In this document: positions 16,690 to 26,753 of the stretch, in pieces
Layout of the letters: each line of letters starts with the position of its first letter
How positions within the stretch are numbered: the stretch's first letter is position 1
Assembly: GCA_046754085.1 (NCBI GenBank)
Contig: JBHHVE010000001.1
Span: forward strand, 71,821-135,820
Source: Leptospirillia bacterium
GTDB lineage: Bacteria > Nitrospirota > JACRHL01
Direction of reading: 5' to 3'
Length of the DNA stretch: 64,000 bases
Notes under the pieces: model-generated
Told to the model about the DNA's origin: nothing
Databases searched by the model: none
Seen by the model: the letters and a program-made list of their open reading frames with translations, nothing else
Position numbers and translations under genes: made by a program

Positions 16690-18228
16690 TCAGGCCAGTT
16701 TGTCGGTGGCCACGAAATAGCTCGGGTCTTCCTGGATGTTCACCTCCACCAGGTCGCCGGCCTTTTCCAGAAGCTGACGGCACTCGGCGCTCAGGTGGCG
16801 CAGGTGGAGGTTCTTGCCGGCGCGTTTGTAGCGTTCGGCCAGGGTGTCGATGGCCTCGATGGCGGAGTGGTCCAGCACCCGTGAGTTGCGAAACTCCACA
16901 ATCACCTTGTCCGGGTCCGCCGCGGGGTGAAACAGCCGGTGAAACTGGTGGATGGAGCCGAAAAACAGCGGCCCGGACAGATCGTACACCTTGGCGCCGT
17001 CCGCGTCCTCGCTGATGGAGACGCCAATCTGCTTGGCGTGTTCCCAGGCGAAGATCAGGGCCGAGGCGATCACCCCCACCAGCACCGCGACCGCAAGGTC
17101 GGTGGCCACGGTGACGCCGGTCACCAGCACGGCGACGAACAGGTCGCCCTGGGGCACCTTGCCGAACAGCCGCAGGGAGGCCCACTCGAAGGTGCCCAGA
17201 ACGACGATGAACATCACCCCCACCAGGGCCGCGATGGGAATCATCTCGATCAGCGGCGAGGCGAACAGAATAAAGCACAAAAGCGCGAGGGCGGCGGTGA
17301 CGCCCGAGGCCCGGCCGAGACCGCCGGAGTGGATGTTGATCATGCTCTGGCCGATCATGGCGCAGCCGCCCATGCCGCCGAACAGGCCGGTGGCGGTGTT
17401 GGCGACCCCCTGGGCCACACACTCCCGGTTGCCCCGTCCACGAGTCTCGGTGATTTCGTCGATCACCCGCATGGTCAGCAGGGACTCGATCAGTCCGATG
17501 GCGGCGAAGATGATCGAATAGGGCAGGATGATCCACAGGGTTTCCAGGGTCATCGGCACCGTGGGGATGTGAAACACGGGCAGGCCGCCGCCGATGGAGG
17601 CCACATCGCCCACCGTGCGGGTATCAAGGCCGAACCCCACCACCAGCAGGGTGAGGGCGACGATGGCCACCAGAGACGACGGCACCTGCCGGGTCAGCCG
17701 GGGGAGGAAGTGGATAATCGCCATGGTCAGCGCCACCAGCCCGAGCATGGTGAGCAGTGGTTCCGTCGCCAACCATTCGCGGCCACCGTCCGCGGTGTGG
17801 ATCTGGAACTGGCTGAGCTGGGCCAGGAAGATGACGATGGCCAGGCCGTTTACGAACCCCAGCATCACCGGGTAGGGCACGATGCGCATGAACTTGCCGA
17901 GCTTCAAAACCCCGGCGCTGATCTGGATGATGCCCATCAGCACCACGGCGGCGAACAGGTACTGGGCGCCATGTTCGGCCACCAGCGCCACCATCACCAC
18001 CGCCAGCGCCCCGGTGGCGCCGGAGATCATGCCGGGGCGGCCACCGATGACGGCGGTGATCAGCCCCACCATGAAGGCGGCGTAAAGTCCGGACAGAGGG
18101 TGGACTCCGGCCACAAAGGCAAACGCCACCGCCTCCGGCACCAGGGCCAGGGCCACGGTCAGGCCTGACAGGATATCGGAGCGCAGGCGGGCGAAGTGGG
18201 TGTGGTAGATATCAAACACGAAAAACAA
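16690..18228 (-). CDS. SulP-family inorganic anion transporter with C-terminal STAS domain
   Basis: 512 aa. The N-terminus LSGLTVALALVPEAVAFAFVAGV is the SulP signature region. Multiple TM segments, then a C-terminal STAS-like domain (KVYDLSGPLFFGS...). Confidence 0.9.
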   Translation of the reverse strand: MFFVFDIYHTHFARLRSDILSGLTVALALVPEAVAFAFVAGVHPLSGLYAAFMVGLITAVIGGRPGMISGATGALAVVMVALVAEHGAQYLFAAVVLMGIIQISAGVLKLGKFMRIVPYPVMLGFVNGLAIVIFLAQLSQFQIHTADGGREWLATEPLLTMLGLVALTMAIIHFLPRLTRQVPSSLVAIVALTLLVVGFGLDTRTVGDVASIGGGLPVFHIPTVPMTLETLWIILPYSIIFAAIGLIESLLTMRVIDEITETRGRGNRECVAQGVANTATGLFGGMGGCAMIGQSMINIHSGGLGRASGVTAALALLCFILFASPLIEMIPIAALVGVMFIVVLGTFEWASLRLFGKVPQGDLFVAVLVTGVTVATDLAVAVLVGVIASALIFAWEHAKQIGVSISEDADGAKVYDLSGPLFFGSIHQFHRLFHPAADPDKVIVEFRNSRVLDHSAIEAIDTLAERYKRAGKNLHLRHLSAECRQLLEKAGDLVEVNIQEDPSYFVATDKLA

Positions 18229-18643
18229 TCCAGGTTAAATGTCGCGTATTCCGGCGTCACACGGACGCAGCCGCACCGAACCGTGGGTGGCAAATCCGCC
18301 GCTCATGCCCAAACCTGTAAGGGAAGTCAGGTATCGCCGCCGCTCCGCCGGACCCGTTGCCGGATACCGCTCTGGAGGGCCTTATTCTAAGGCGGGGCAA
18401 GACCTTGCACAACGGGTCCGGCGGCATTATCGGGCGGTTCGGGGGGCTTGGTGTGGTGGATCATGCCGCCGTAGCCCGGTGCATCCTTCACCATCACGGT
18501 ATTTTCACCCACCGGCTAGACATCCGCGCTTTTCCGTGCCCCCATTCCGCCAACCCTGGCGTTTATGGGTCCGCACGCTAGAATTAAAGTAGAGTTCTCC
18601 GTGCGTTGAGCGCGGCGGGCCGATCGGGAAGGAGGTGGGCGCC

Positions 18644-20893
18644 ATGGCGCGTTTCGGCTGGCTTCCGTGGAAGTTCGTGGTGCGGCGTATTGCCCGTGCC
18701 CACGGCTTTCTGGACCCGATTTCCATCCTCTCCCACCTGCGCCGGTTTACCCAGCCTTCGGAGGTCGCGGAACCGGTGGAGTTGTTGCGCGCCGGAGTGG
18801 TGTTGCATGCCCGCGGGCTGATCAACAGCCGGGTCATCCAGCACAATCTGGACTGGGTCTGGCCCTACTGGGTGGAGCGGCAGTTCGACCCGGAGGGCAA
18901 CGCCTTCGTACCGCGCGCCTTCTCCATCACCCACATCAACCTGACCCATCGCAACTGGACCGCCGTGGGATTGCCGGACGTGGATGCGCTGCCGATCGTG
19001 GATCCGCGCGGTCTGATCACCCCCCATCTGGACGACTGGTCCCTGGACGCCTGGGTGGTGGCCGACGACGGCCGCATACTGCTGCCGTCCCGCGCGGAAC
19101 ACGCCACCCAGCGGCTGGAGATGGATGACGATACGGTGCGGGTGGTGACCGAAACCCGGCTGGACGACCTGTTTCTCAGCGTGGTGGCTCAGGTCAATGA
19201 CGAGGACGGTGCACCGGCGCTTTCCATGGGGGTGAATGCCCGCGCCGCCGGTCCCGCCTGGGTGGTGATCTCCCTCAGGCCCTACAACCCGGAGGGAGTG
19301 CAGTTCATCCACCGGGCCGGGCTTTCGGACGACCGCACGCGCTGGCGGGTGGACGGTGAAACCGCCGTCGATTTCAGCGAACCGGTGGAGCGCCACGTGG
19401 CGTCGTCTTATGCCCACGGTGACGTGCACGCCCGCCTGCATGACCTTTCGGATCGGCACGATCACGGATGCGACGTCGGCATGCTGACTGCGGCGGCCCT
19501 GTTCCGGGTGGAGGCGGGCACCCCACGGCAGGTGACCGCCAGGGTGCCGCTCAGGCTGGAAGATGGCGGTGCGCCCCACGCCGTGCCGTGGGCGCGGGCG
19601 CTGTCCGGCGCCTGCCAGTTGGACGTGCCGGATGCCCGCTTCCAGTTTTTGTATGACGCCGCCCTACGCAGCCTGATTCTGCATTCCCCAGGCGACGTCT
19701 ATCCCGGACCCTACACCTACAAACGCTTCTGGTTCCGGGACGCCGCCTTTATGGTCCATGCCCTGCTGTGCGCCGGGCTGACCGGGCGGGCCGAACGCGC
19801 TCTCGACCGCTTCGCCCCGCGGCAGAAGCGCGACGGCTACTTCCACTCCCAGGACGGCGAGTGGGATTCCAACGGCGAGGCGCTGTGGATCATGGAGCGC
19901 TTCTGCCGCATGACCGGCGCCCCGCCCAAGGCGGCGTGGCGCACCCCCATTCGCCGGGGCGCCGCATGGATCATGGGCAAGCGCCTGCCGGAAGACAGCA
20001 GCGGAACCGCCGGGCTTTTGCCCGCCGGGTTTTCCGCCGAACACCTGGGGCCGAACGACTTTTACTACTGGGACGATTTCTGGGGCGTGGCGGGACTTGC
20101 CGCCGCCGCCCGCATGCATGACGCACTGGGGGATGTGAGCGGTGCTGCGCGCTGGCGGGACGGCGCCGAGGCCCTCTCCGGTTCCATCGATCGCAGTCTG
20201 GCGCGGGCGGCGGAAAGGCTGGGGCGCCCGGCCATGCCGGCGGCGCCCGGTCGCCGCCTCGACGCCGGCGCCATCGGCTCGATCGCGGCGGGTTACCCGC
20301 TACAGCTTTTCCCGGCGGACGATGCGCGCCTGCTGGACCTTGCGGACTACCTGCTGGACGACTGTTTCGTCCGGGGCGGATTTTTCCAGGACATGATCCA
20401 TTCGGGTATCAACCCCTATCTCACCCTGCACATCGCCCAGGTGCTGCTGCGGGCGGGGGACCCCCGTTATCTCGACCTCGTGGAGCGCATGGCGGAGATG
20501 GCCAGCCCCACCGGCCAGTGGCCGGAGGCGATCCACCCGCGCACCGGCGGCGGCTGCATGGGCGACGGCCAGCATGTGTGGGCGGCGGCGGAGTGGCTGA
20601 TCATGGTGCGCAACCTGTTTGTGCGGGAGGAGGACGATGCCCTGATCATTGCCTCCGGCGTACCGCCCCGCTGGCTGGAGGCGGGCGAACCCTTGTGGTT
20701 CGGTCCGGCCCCCACCCTGTTTGGCCCCGTCACGGTCAGCATTGAACGCCATGACAGCGGCGCGCGGGTTGTCTGGCAGGGGGCGTGGCACGGCGCCGCG
20801 CCCCGGGTGGAAATACGCCTGCCGGGGTGTGTCCCGGTGGTTGCGGATCCCGATGCGCGGGAGGCGTTGCTGGAACGGGAGACGGTTACGTGA
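18644..20893 (+). CDS. Glycoside hydrolase family 15-like (glucoamylase/trehalase-type, (alpha/alpha)6 barrel) protein
   Basis: About 750 aa. The GGAAGGAGG SD sits 8 nt upstream of the ATG at 18644; the listed ORF starts at GTG 18635. The C-terminal half has GH15-like six-hairpin motifs: FYYWDDFWG, FFQDMIHSGINPYLT, GQWPEAIHPRTGGG. The family call comes from motif resemblance only. Confidence 0.55.
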   Translation: MARFGWLPWKFVVRRIARAHGFLDPISILSHLRRFTQPSEVAEPVELLRAGVVLHARGLINSRVIQHNLDWVWPYWVERQFDPEGNAFVPRAFSITHINLTHRNWTAVGLPDVDALPIVDPRGLITPHLDDWSLDAWVVADDGRILLPSRAEHATQRLEMDDDTVRVVTETRLDDLFLSVVAQVNDEDGAPALSMGVNARAAGPAWVVISLRPYNPEGVQFIHRAGLSDDRTRWRVDGETAVDFSEPVERHVASSYAHGDVHARLHDLSDRHDHGCDVGMLTAAALFRVEAGTPRQVTARVPLRLEDGGAPHAVPWARALSGACQLDVPDARFQFLYDAALRSLILHSPGDVYPGPYTYKRFWFRDAAFMVHALLCAGLTGRAERALDRFAPRQKRDGYFHSQDGEWDSNGEALWIMERFCRMTGAPPKAAWRTPIRRGAAWIMGKRLPEDSSGTAGLLPAGFSAEHLGPNDFYYWDDFWGVAGLAAAARMHDALGDVSGAARWRDGAEALSGSIDRSLARAAERLGRPAMPAAPGRRLDAGAIGSIAAGYPLQLFPADDARLLDLADYLLDDCFVRGGFFQDMIHSGINPYLTLHIAQVLLRAGDPRYLDLVERMAEMASPTGQWPEAIHPRTGGGCMGDGQHVWAAAEWLIMVRNLFVREEDDALIIASGVPPRWLEAGEPLWFGPAPTLFGPVTVSIERHDSGARVVWQGAWHGAAPRVEIRLPGCVPVVADPDAREALLERETVT

Positions 20894-22197
20894 ACATCCT
20901 CATGGTCACCAATACCTACGCCCCCCACGTGGGGGGCGTGGCGCGCTCGGTTGCGGGTTTTGCCACGGCCTACCGCGCCCGCGGCCACCGGGTGCTGGTG
21001 GTGGCGCCGGTGTTTGAGAACGCCGACGACGCGGAAGATGAGGTCATTCGGGTGCCGGCCCTGCAGAAGGTCAACGGAAGCGATTTTTCCGTGGTGCTGC
21101 CGGTACCCGGTTATCTGGATGCCGCCGTGGGCCGCTTCGCCCCTGATGTGGTGCATGCCCACCATCCGTTCCTGCTGGGAGGCACCGCCATGCGGCTGGC
21201 CCACGGCGGGGGCATCCCGCTGGTGTTCACCCACCACACCATGTACGAGCGCTACACCCATTATGTGCCGGGGGACTGCTCCGCCCTGAAGCGTTTCGTC
21301 ATTCACCTCTCCACCAACTACGCCAACCTGTGCGAGATGGTGTTCGCTCCCAGCGAGAGCATTCGGGACGTACTGCAGGGGCGTGGTGTGCATGTGCCGA
21401 TCCGGGTGGTGCCGACCGGGGTCGATACGGAACGCTTCGGTCAGGGAGACGGTACGGCGTTCCGGCACCGCCTGGGTATTCCGCAGGATGCCTTTGTGGT
21501 GGGGCATGTGGGACGTCTGGCGCCGGAGAAAAACCTGGCGTTTCTGGCCCGCGCCGTATGCCGTTTCCAGACCGGACCCGAGGAGGGTCACACCCAATTT
21601 CTGGTGGCGGGGGAGGGACCGTCGGAGGCGGCCATCCGGCAGGTTGCCGAGGACTTCGGGGTGTCCGGCCGCCTGCATCGGATCGGGGTGCTGAGTCCCC
21701 GGGAACTTGCGGATGCCTACCACGCCATGGACGTATTCGCCTTTGCGTCGGAGAGCGAAACCCAGGGCATGGTACTTACCGAGGCGATGGCCGCCGGTGT
21801 TCCGGTGGTGGCGCTGGACGCCTCCGGGGTGCGCGAGGTGGTGCGGGATGGCGTCAATGGCTATCTGCTGGAACACTCCGACGAAGGTGGTTTTGCCGAT
21901 GCCCTGAACCGGTTCGAACACCTGAATCCGGCGGATCGTGTGGCATTTAAGGATGCTGCCCGTGGTACCGCCGACGCCTTTTCCATGGCCCATTCGGCTA
22001 CCGCCGCCCTGAGCCATTACAGGCACCTTGAATGTCGCCCCGAGCCTGAGCGGCGGGATACGTCCGCAGCCTGGGAGAAGACCGTGCGGCGGATCCGCAC
22101 CGAGTGGGAGATGGTACGGGGGGTCGCCGCCGCCGCCGAGGCGGCCCTGACATCCCGGGAGGAACACGGGAGCGAGGATCATGTTCGCCCGGGTTGA
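20890..22197 (+). CDS. Glycosyltransferase family 4 (GT-B, retaining)
   Basis: The GTG at 20890 overlaps the upstream stop and yields MNILMVTNTYAPHVGGVARSV, a typical GT4 N-terminus. The C-terminal E-x7-E nucleotide-sugar motif is present (FAFASESETQGMVLTEAMAAGVPVVA). The listed ORF starts further upstream at 20785, inside the previous gene. Confidence 0.8.
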   Translation: MNILMVTNTYAPHVGGVARSVAGFATAYRARGHRVLVVAPVFENADDAEDEVIRVPALQKVNGSDFSVVLPVPGYLDAAVGRFAPDVVHAHHPFLLGGTAMRLAHGGGIPLVFTHHTMYERYTHYVPGDCSALKRFVIHLSTNYANLCEMVFAPSESIRDVLQGRGVHVPIRVVPTGVDTERFGQGDGTAFRHRLGIPQDAFVVGHVGRLAPEKNLAFLARAVCRFQTGPEEGHTQFLVAGEGPSEAAIRQVAEDFGVSGRLHRIGVLSPRELADAYHAMDVFAFASESETQGMVLTEAMAAGVPVVALDASGVREVVRDGVNGYLLEHSDEGGFADALNRFEHLNPADRVAFKDAARGTADAFSMAHSATAALSHYRHLECRPEPERRDTSAAWEKTVRRIRTEWEMVRGVAAAAEAALTSREEHGSEDHVRPG

Positions 22198-24643
22198 ACT
22201 ACTGATCCGGCGCGTTCGCAAGCTGTTGAGTCGCAGCGAGTGGGCGGTCCGCCTGCTGCGGCTGCCGGTGGAGACGGAGGCCGCCGCGCTTCCGGGACTG
22301 GTTATGCTACAGATCGACGGGTTGTCCCATGCCGAGTTGATGCGCGCCATCGAAGACGGCGAGATGCCGTTCCTCAAAAAGCTGCTCACCGGCGGGCGTC
22401 ACCGGCTGCACCTGCACTACTCGGGACTGCCGTCCACCACCCCGGCGGTGCAGGGGGAGCTGTTTTACGGGGTGAAGCAGGCGGTTCCGGCGTTCAGCTT
22501 CCGGGATAAAACGGGTCATATCGTGCGCATGTTCGACCGCGCCCCGGCGGCGCGCCTGGAGGCCGAGTTGGCGTCCCGTGGCCGCCCCCTGCTGCAAGGC
22601 GGCAGCGCCTATGTGGACATCTATACCGGCGGTGCCGCCGAGTCCCATTTTTGCCCCTCCGCCCTCGGCTGGGGGGACGTGCTGCGCACCGCCAATCCGT
22701 TTACCCTGGGATTTCTGGTGCTCTCCAACGCCTACAGCTTCGTCCGCACCGCCCTGCTTTTGGTGCTGGAGCTGCTGCTCGCCGTCGTCGATTTCGTGCG
22801 TGGGCTGATCGATGGGCGCGACCTGATCAAGGAACTGAAATTTGTCCCGACCCGGGTGGGCATCTGCATCCTGTTGCGGGAGCTGACCACCATCGGCGTC
22901 AAGATGGACGTGACCCGCGGTCTTCCGGTGGTGCACGCCAACTTCATCGGTTACGACGAACAGGCCCACCGCCGGGGTCCCGGCTCCGCTTTCGCCCACT
23001 GGGCACTCAAGGGCATCGACGACGCCGTCGCACGCATCTGGCGCGCGGCCCATCGCTCCGGGCGGCGGGACTACGACGTGTGGGTTTACTCCGATCACGG
23101 TCAGGAGGAGCTTGTGCCCTACCCGAAACGCTTTAAAAAAAGTGTGCGGCAGGCGGTGAACGAGGTATTTGAGCGTCATACCACCGTTTCCGGGTCCGGC
23201 GATGGCGGTGGTGTGAACGGTATCGGCAGCCAGCGTATCGGCCTGTTCGGCATGGGGAGGATGTTCCGCTGGATGCAGCCCGGACGGGACGAAACGCCGG
23301 TGGGCGATGGCGGCCCCGCGGTGGCGGCGATGGGGCCGTTGGGCATGGTGTACCACCCGGACGGCGCCGACCCCGAACGGCGCGCACTTCTGGCGCGGGC
23401 GCTGGTGATCGAGGCGCACATCCCCATGGTGCTTGTTGCGAACGGCCCCGGAGCGGCCACCGCACATCTGTCGGAAGGGGACTTCGAGTTGCCGGCGCAG
23501 GCGGCTGAGATATTGGGGGCGGAACATCCGTTTCTTGCGGAGGTCACGGACGATCTTGTTTCCCTGTGCCATCACCCGGATGCCGGGGAGTTTGTCATCT
23601 GCGGCTGGTCCCTGCACGGCGAGCGCTTCGATTTCCCCATGGAGAACGGCTCCCACGGCGGTCCCGGAGCCAACGAGACCGCCGCCTTCGCACTGTTGCC
23701 GGACGATACCCCGCTGGCGTCTCTGGACCGGGGCTACCTGCGCCCGGGCGACCTGCGCGCCGCCGCGTTGCGGGTGCTGGAGACACCGGTGATCCGCGCC
23801 CCGGAGGCGGAAGCGCGCGAGCCGGAAACGGAGCGCGGCACGGTGCGTATCATGACCTACAACGTGCATGGCTGCGTTGGCATGGACGGCAAGCATGCCC
23901 CGGAGCGCATTGCGCGGGTGATTGCCCGCCACGCTCCGGACGTGGTGGCCCTGCAGGAACTGGACGAAGGGCGGCCCCGTAGCGGCGGCATGGATCAGGC
24001 CCACCGCATCGCGGCGCTTCTGGAGATGACCTATCACTTCCACCCGGCCATGCACCTCGAAGAGGGACGCTACGGCAACGCGGTATTGACCCACCTGCCC
24101 ATGTTTCCGGTGCGCGCCGACCGGCTGCCCGGGCTTGACGACCGGCCGGGCCTGGAGCCGCGCGGCGCAATCTGGACCGGCATCGACTGGGACGGCACGG
24201 CGTTTCAACTCATCAACACCCATCTGGGACTCAGGGCGCGGGAGCGGCAGGTGCAGGTCAAGGCGCTGTTGGGGGAAGAATGGCTGGGCCATCCCCATTG
24301 CGAATCGCCGGTCATCCTGTGCGGCGATTTCAACGCCCTGCCCGAATCGCGGGTATGCATGGCCCTTGGCCGCCATCTGCATGACGTGCAGGTGGTGGCC
24401 GAGGGCCACCGGCCGCACCGTACCCTGCCGGGGCGTTACCCGATGGCGCGCATCGACCATGTGTTCGTGGACCCGCGTATCGAGGTGACAAACGTCACGG
24501 TGCCTTCCACCGACCTGGAGCGGGTGGCCTCCGATCACCTGCCGCTGATTGTGGATGTGCGCCTGCCCCGGAAGGCGGCCACCGGCCAGGACAATGGGCC
24601 GAAGGACAAAGCCGCCGCCCGCCATGCCGGTACGCCGGGCTAA
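22181..24643 (+). CDS. Two-domain phosphoesterase: N-terminal alkaline-phosphatase-superfamily (type I phosphodiesterase/nucleotide pyrophosphatase-like) domain fused to a C-terminal endonuclease/exonuclease/phosphatase (EEP) domain
   Basis: 820 aa. The N-terminal domain has the GLPSTTP nucleophile motif and the YSDHGQE metal-ligand motif of the AlkP superfamily. The C-terminal domain has TYNVHGCVGMDGK...VVALQELD...INTHL...DHVFVD...SDHLPLIVDV, typical of the EEP fold. Confidence 0.6.
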   Translation: MFARVELLIRRVRKLLSRSEWAVRLLRLPVETEAAALPGLVMLQIDGLSHAELMRAIEDGEMPFLKKLLTGGRHRLHLHYSGLPSTTPAVQGELFYGVKQAVPAFSFRDKTGHIVRMFDRAPAARLEAELASRGRPLLQGGSAYVDIYTGGAAESHFCPSALGWGDVLRTANPFTLGFLVLSNAYSFVRTALLLVLELLLAVVDFVRGLIDGRDLIKELKFVPTRVGICILLRELTTIGVKMDVTRGLPVVHANFIGYDEQAHRRGPGSAFAHWALKGIDDAVARIWRAAHRSGRRDYDVWVYSDHGQEELVPYPKRFKKSVRQAVNEVFERHTTVSGSGDGGGVNGIGSQRIGLFGMGRMFRWMQPGRDETPVGDGGPAVAAMGPLGMVYHPDGADPERRALLARALVIEAHIPMVLVANGPGAATAHLSEGDFELPAQAAEILGAEHPFLAEVTDDLVSLCHHPDAGEFVICGWSLHGERFDFPMENGSHGGPGANETAAFALLPDDTPLASLDRGYLRPGDLRAAALRVLETPVIRAPEAEAREPETERGTVRIMTYNVHGCVGMDGKHAPERIARVIARHAPDVVALQELDEGRPRSGGMDQAHRIAALLEMTYHFHPAMHLEEGRYGNAVLTHLPMFPVRADRLPGLDDRPGLEPRGAIWTGIDWDGTAFQLINTHLGLRARERQVQVKALLGEEWLGHPHCESPVILCGDFNALPESRVCMALGRHLHDVQVVAEGHRPHRTLPGRYPMARIDHVFVDPRIEVTNVTVPSTDLERVASDHLPLIVDVRLPRKAATGQDNGPKDKAAARHAGTPG

Positions 24644-24650
24644 GGCGGCG

Positions 24651-25391
24651 TCAGCCTGGCATCAGCCCTTCTTTCTGGAAGCTGAACACGGCGTCGCTGC
24701 CTACGATCACGTGGTCGAGCAGGGGTACTTCCACGGTATCGAGGGCCTTGAACAGGTGTTCGGTCAGGTGCTGATCGGCGGTGCTCGGGGTGGGGTCGCC
24801 GGACGGGTGATTGTGCACCAGAATGGCGGAGGCGGCCTGATGCCTCAGGGCGGCCTCCACCGCGTGACGCGGGTGCACGTGGGCCTCGGCCACGGTGCCC
24901 GTGGCCAGAAGCGCGGGGAACCGCACCCGGCAGCGGGCATCCAGGCAGAGCAGGAACACCGCCTCCTCCTTACGGCCCGCCATCAGCGGCACCACGTAGT
25001 TCGCCACCGTGTCCGGGTGGTTGAGCAGCGGATCGTCGCGCTCGGTCCGGTCTTTCAAATAGCGTCGGGAAAGGTGCGGCAACAGGGCCAGAAACGCCCC
25101 GCCTTTGGCGCCCATGCCGTCAATGCCGGCGAGGTCCGCGGGATCGGCTTCCAACACCGCCGACAAGCTGCCGAAGCGTTTCAGCAGCCGGTGGGCAATG
25201 GGATTGGTGTTGACTCTGGGCAATACCTGAAACAGCAGCAGTTCCAGCACCTCGTGGTCGGCAAAGCCGTCCAGCCCGGTGCGTTCGGCGCGTTCGCGCA
25301 TGCGATCCCGGTGGCCGTGATGGAGATGGGGCGCGGCACCTGGTGCGTTGGCGGTCTTTTCCATGCCTGTCCCCATCCCGGCTTCGTCCAT
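24651..25391 (-). CDS. radC: RadC-family JAB/MPN-domain protein (UPF0758)
   Basis: The HNHPSGDPTPS JAMM motif is present, and the N-terminal helix-hairpin-helix region (HEVLELLLF...GSLSAVLEADPADLAGIDGMG) is typical of RadC. The listed ORF extends to 25517 with a P/A-rich leader. Internal Met codons at 25391 or 25364 are more plausible starts. Confidence 0.7.
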   Translation of the reverse strand: MDEAGMGTGMEKTANAPGAAPHLHHGHRDRMRERAERTGLDGFADHEVLELLLFQVLPRVNTNPIAHRLLKRFGSLSAVLEADPADLAGIDGMGAKGGAFLALLPHLSRRYLKDRTERDDPLLNHPDTVANYVVPLMAGRKEEAVFLLCLDARCRVRFPALLATGTVAEAHVHPRHAVEAALRHQAASAILVHNHPSGDPTPSTADQHLTEHLFKALDTVEVPLLDHVIVGSDAVFSFQKEGLMPG

Positions 25392-25494
25392 GGCGGCGTT
25401 CCCTGCTATGGTCTGTGGTGCGACATTACCAGTGTAACCGATAGCAGGGGGCGAATCGAAAGTGGCAGGCGGCGGGGCCGGGTCAGATACGCAG

Positions 25495-26424
25495 ATGCCG
25501 GACGGTCCGGTGCTCATTGTCGGCTGCGGCTACGCCGGTAAGGCGGTGGCGCGGCGATTGAGCGCCTGCGGCGTCCCGGTCACAGGTACGGTGACCGGGA
25601 GCGAGGGCGCCGATGCGGTCATCGCATGCGGCGCCACCCCGGAAGTGCTCGACCTGCGGCATGCGCTGGAAGGCAGCGGCCACCGGCTGGCGGCGCTGAT
25701 CGAAAAACATCCATACATCGTTTACGCCGCCGGCCCCAACCGGGTGGGGGATTCGGAAAGGTTCGTCGATTTCAGCGGGGTGTTTGCCGAGCGTGTACGG
25801 CGGGCCGGCAACCCGTCCGCCTTCGTGTACCTGTCTTCCACCGGGGTTTACGGCTACCGGGGCGGCGATTGGGTGGATGAGGACACCCCGCCGGGGGATG
25901 ACCTGGGTCCGCGCGGCATGGTGCGGGTGGCGGCGGAAGCGGCCCTGCTTGCGGCCTGCAAGGAGTGGGGGCTGCCGCTTCGTATCCTGCGCCCGGCAGG
26001 TATCTACGGTCCCGGTCGGCATGTGGGTGCGCGTATCGCCGGGGGCCACTACCGGGTGATCGAGGCCGATCCGCCTATCGTGGTGAACCGCATCCATGTG
26101 GACGACCTGGCGCGGGCCGTCACGGCGGCCCTGGTGCGGGGCACGGACGGTGGCATCTATCTGGTGGCGGACGGCCATCCCACCACCCTGCGGGAGGTGG
26201 CTGACTACGCCGCCGCCCTGATGGGGCTCGATCCCCCCCCCGGTGAACCTGCCGAGGCGGCGCGGGCGCGCATGGGCGAGGCCAATTTTCATCTGGTGTC
26301 GGACAGCAAACGCTGTCGCAACCGCCGCTTGCTGGATGAATTGAGGGTGAAACTGGCCTACCCGGATTACAAAAACGGGCTGAAGCAGGCGATGCAGGTG
26401 GACGGGCTCATTCGTAAAACATGA
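25495..26424 (+). CDS. NAD-dependent epimerase/dehydratase family (SDR) protein
   Basis: From [22 protein letters not shown] the sequence shows a Rossmann GxGxxG-like motif. The listed ORF starts 33 nt upstream at 25462. The stop overlaps the ynfA start (ATGA). Confidence 0.7.
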   Translation: MPDGPVLIVGCGYAGKAVARRLSACGVPVTGTVTGSEGADAVIACGATPEVLDLRHALEGSGHRLAALIEKHPYIVYAAGPNRVGDSERFVDFSGVFAERVRRAGNPSAFVYLSSTGVYGYRGGDWVDEDTPPGDDLGPRGMVRVAAEAALLAACKEWGLPLRILRPAGIYGPGRHVGARIAGGHYRVIEADPPIVVNRIHVDDLARAVTAALVRGTDGGIYLVADGHPTTLREVADYAAALMGLDPPPGEPAEAARARMGEANFHLVSDSKRCRNRRLLDELRVKLAYPDYKNGLKQAMQVDGLIRKT

Positions 26425-26741
26425 CGTCAGCGCTGGTTTATGTGACGGCGGCTGTGGCTGAAATCACCGGCTGTTTCGCCTTCTGGGTCTGGCTGCGTCT
26501 GGAGCGCTCACCCCTGTGGGCGGTGCCGGGGGTGGTTTCGCTGGTGGTATTCGCCCTGCTTCTGACCCGGGTCGAGGCGGCTTTTGCCGGGCGGGCGTTT
26601 GCCGCCTACGGCGGGGTCTACATCGCCAGTTCACTGGTCTGGCTGTGGTCCGTCGAGGGTATGCGCCCGGACCGCTGGGACGTCACCGGGGCCCTCATAT
26701 GCCTGGGCGGGGCCGCGCTCATTCTGTGGGGGCCGCGCTAG
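26421..26741 (+). CDS. ynfA: YnfA-family membrane protein (UPF0060)
   Basis: 106 aa. [27 protein letters not shown]... is the conserved YnfA pattern, and four TM segments are predicted. Confidence 0.8.
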   Translation: MTSALVYVTAAVAEITGCFAFWVWLRLERSPLWAVPGVVSLVVFALLLTRVEAAFAGRAFAAYGGVYIASSLVWLWSVEGMRPDRWDVTGALICLGGAALILWGPR

Positions 26742-26753
26742 TGCGGCGCGCTC

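Noticed and set aside
16511-18168. Long ORFs 16511-17536 (-), 16927-18168 (+) and 16952-17521 (+)
   Set aside because: These are alternative-frame or antisense ORFs overlapping the well-supported SulP transporter gene (16690-18228, -). Their compositions are R/G/H/P-rich, as expected for shadow frames.
22307-24625. 772-aa minus-strand ORF
   Set aside because: It is antisense to the AlkP/EEP fusion gene, which has clear catalytic motifs on the + strand.
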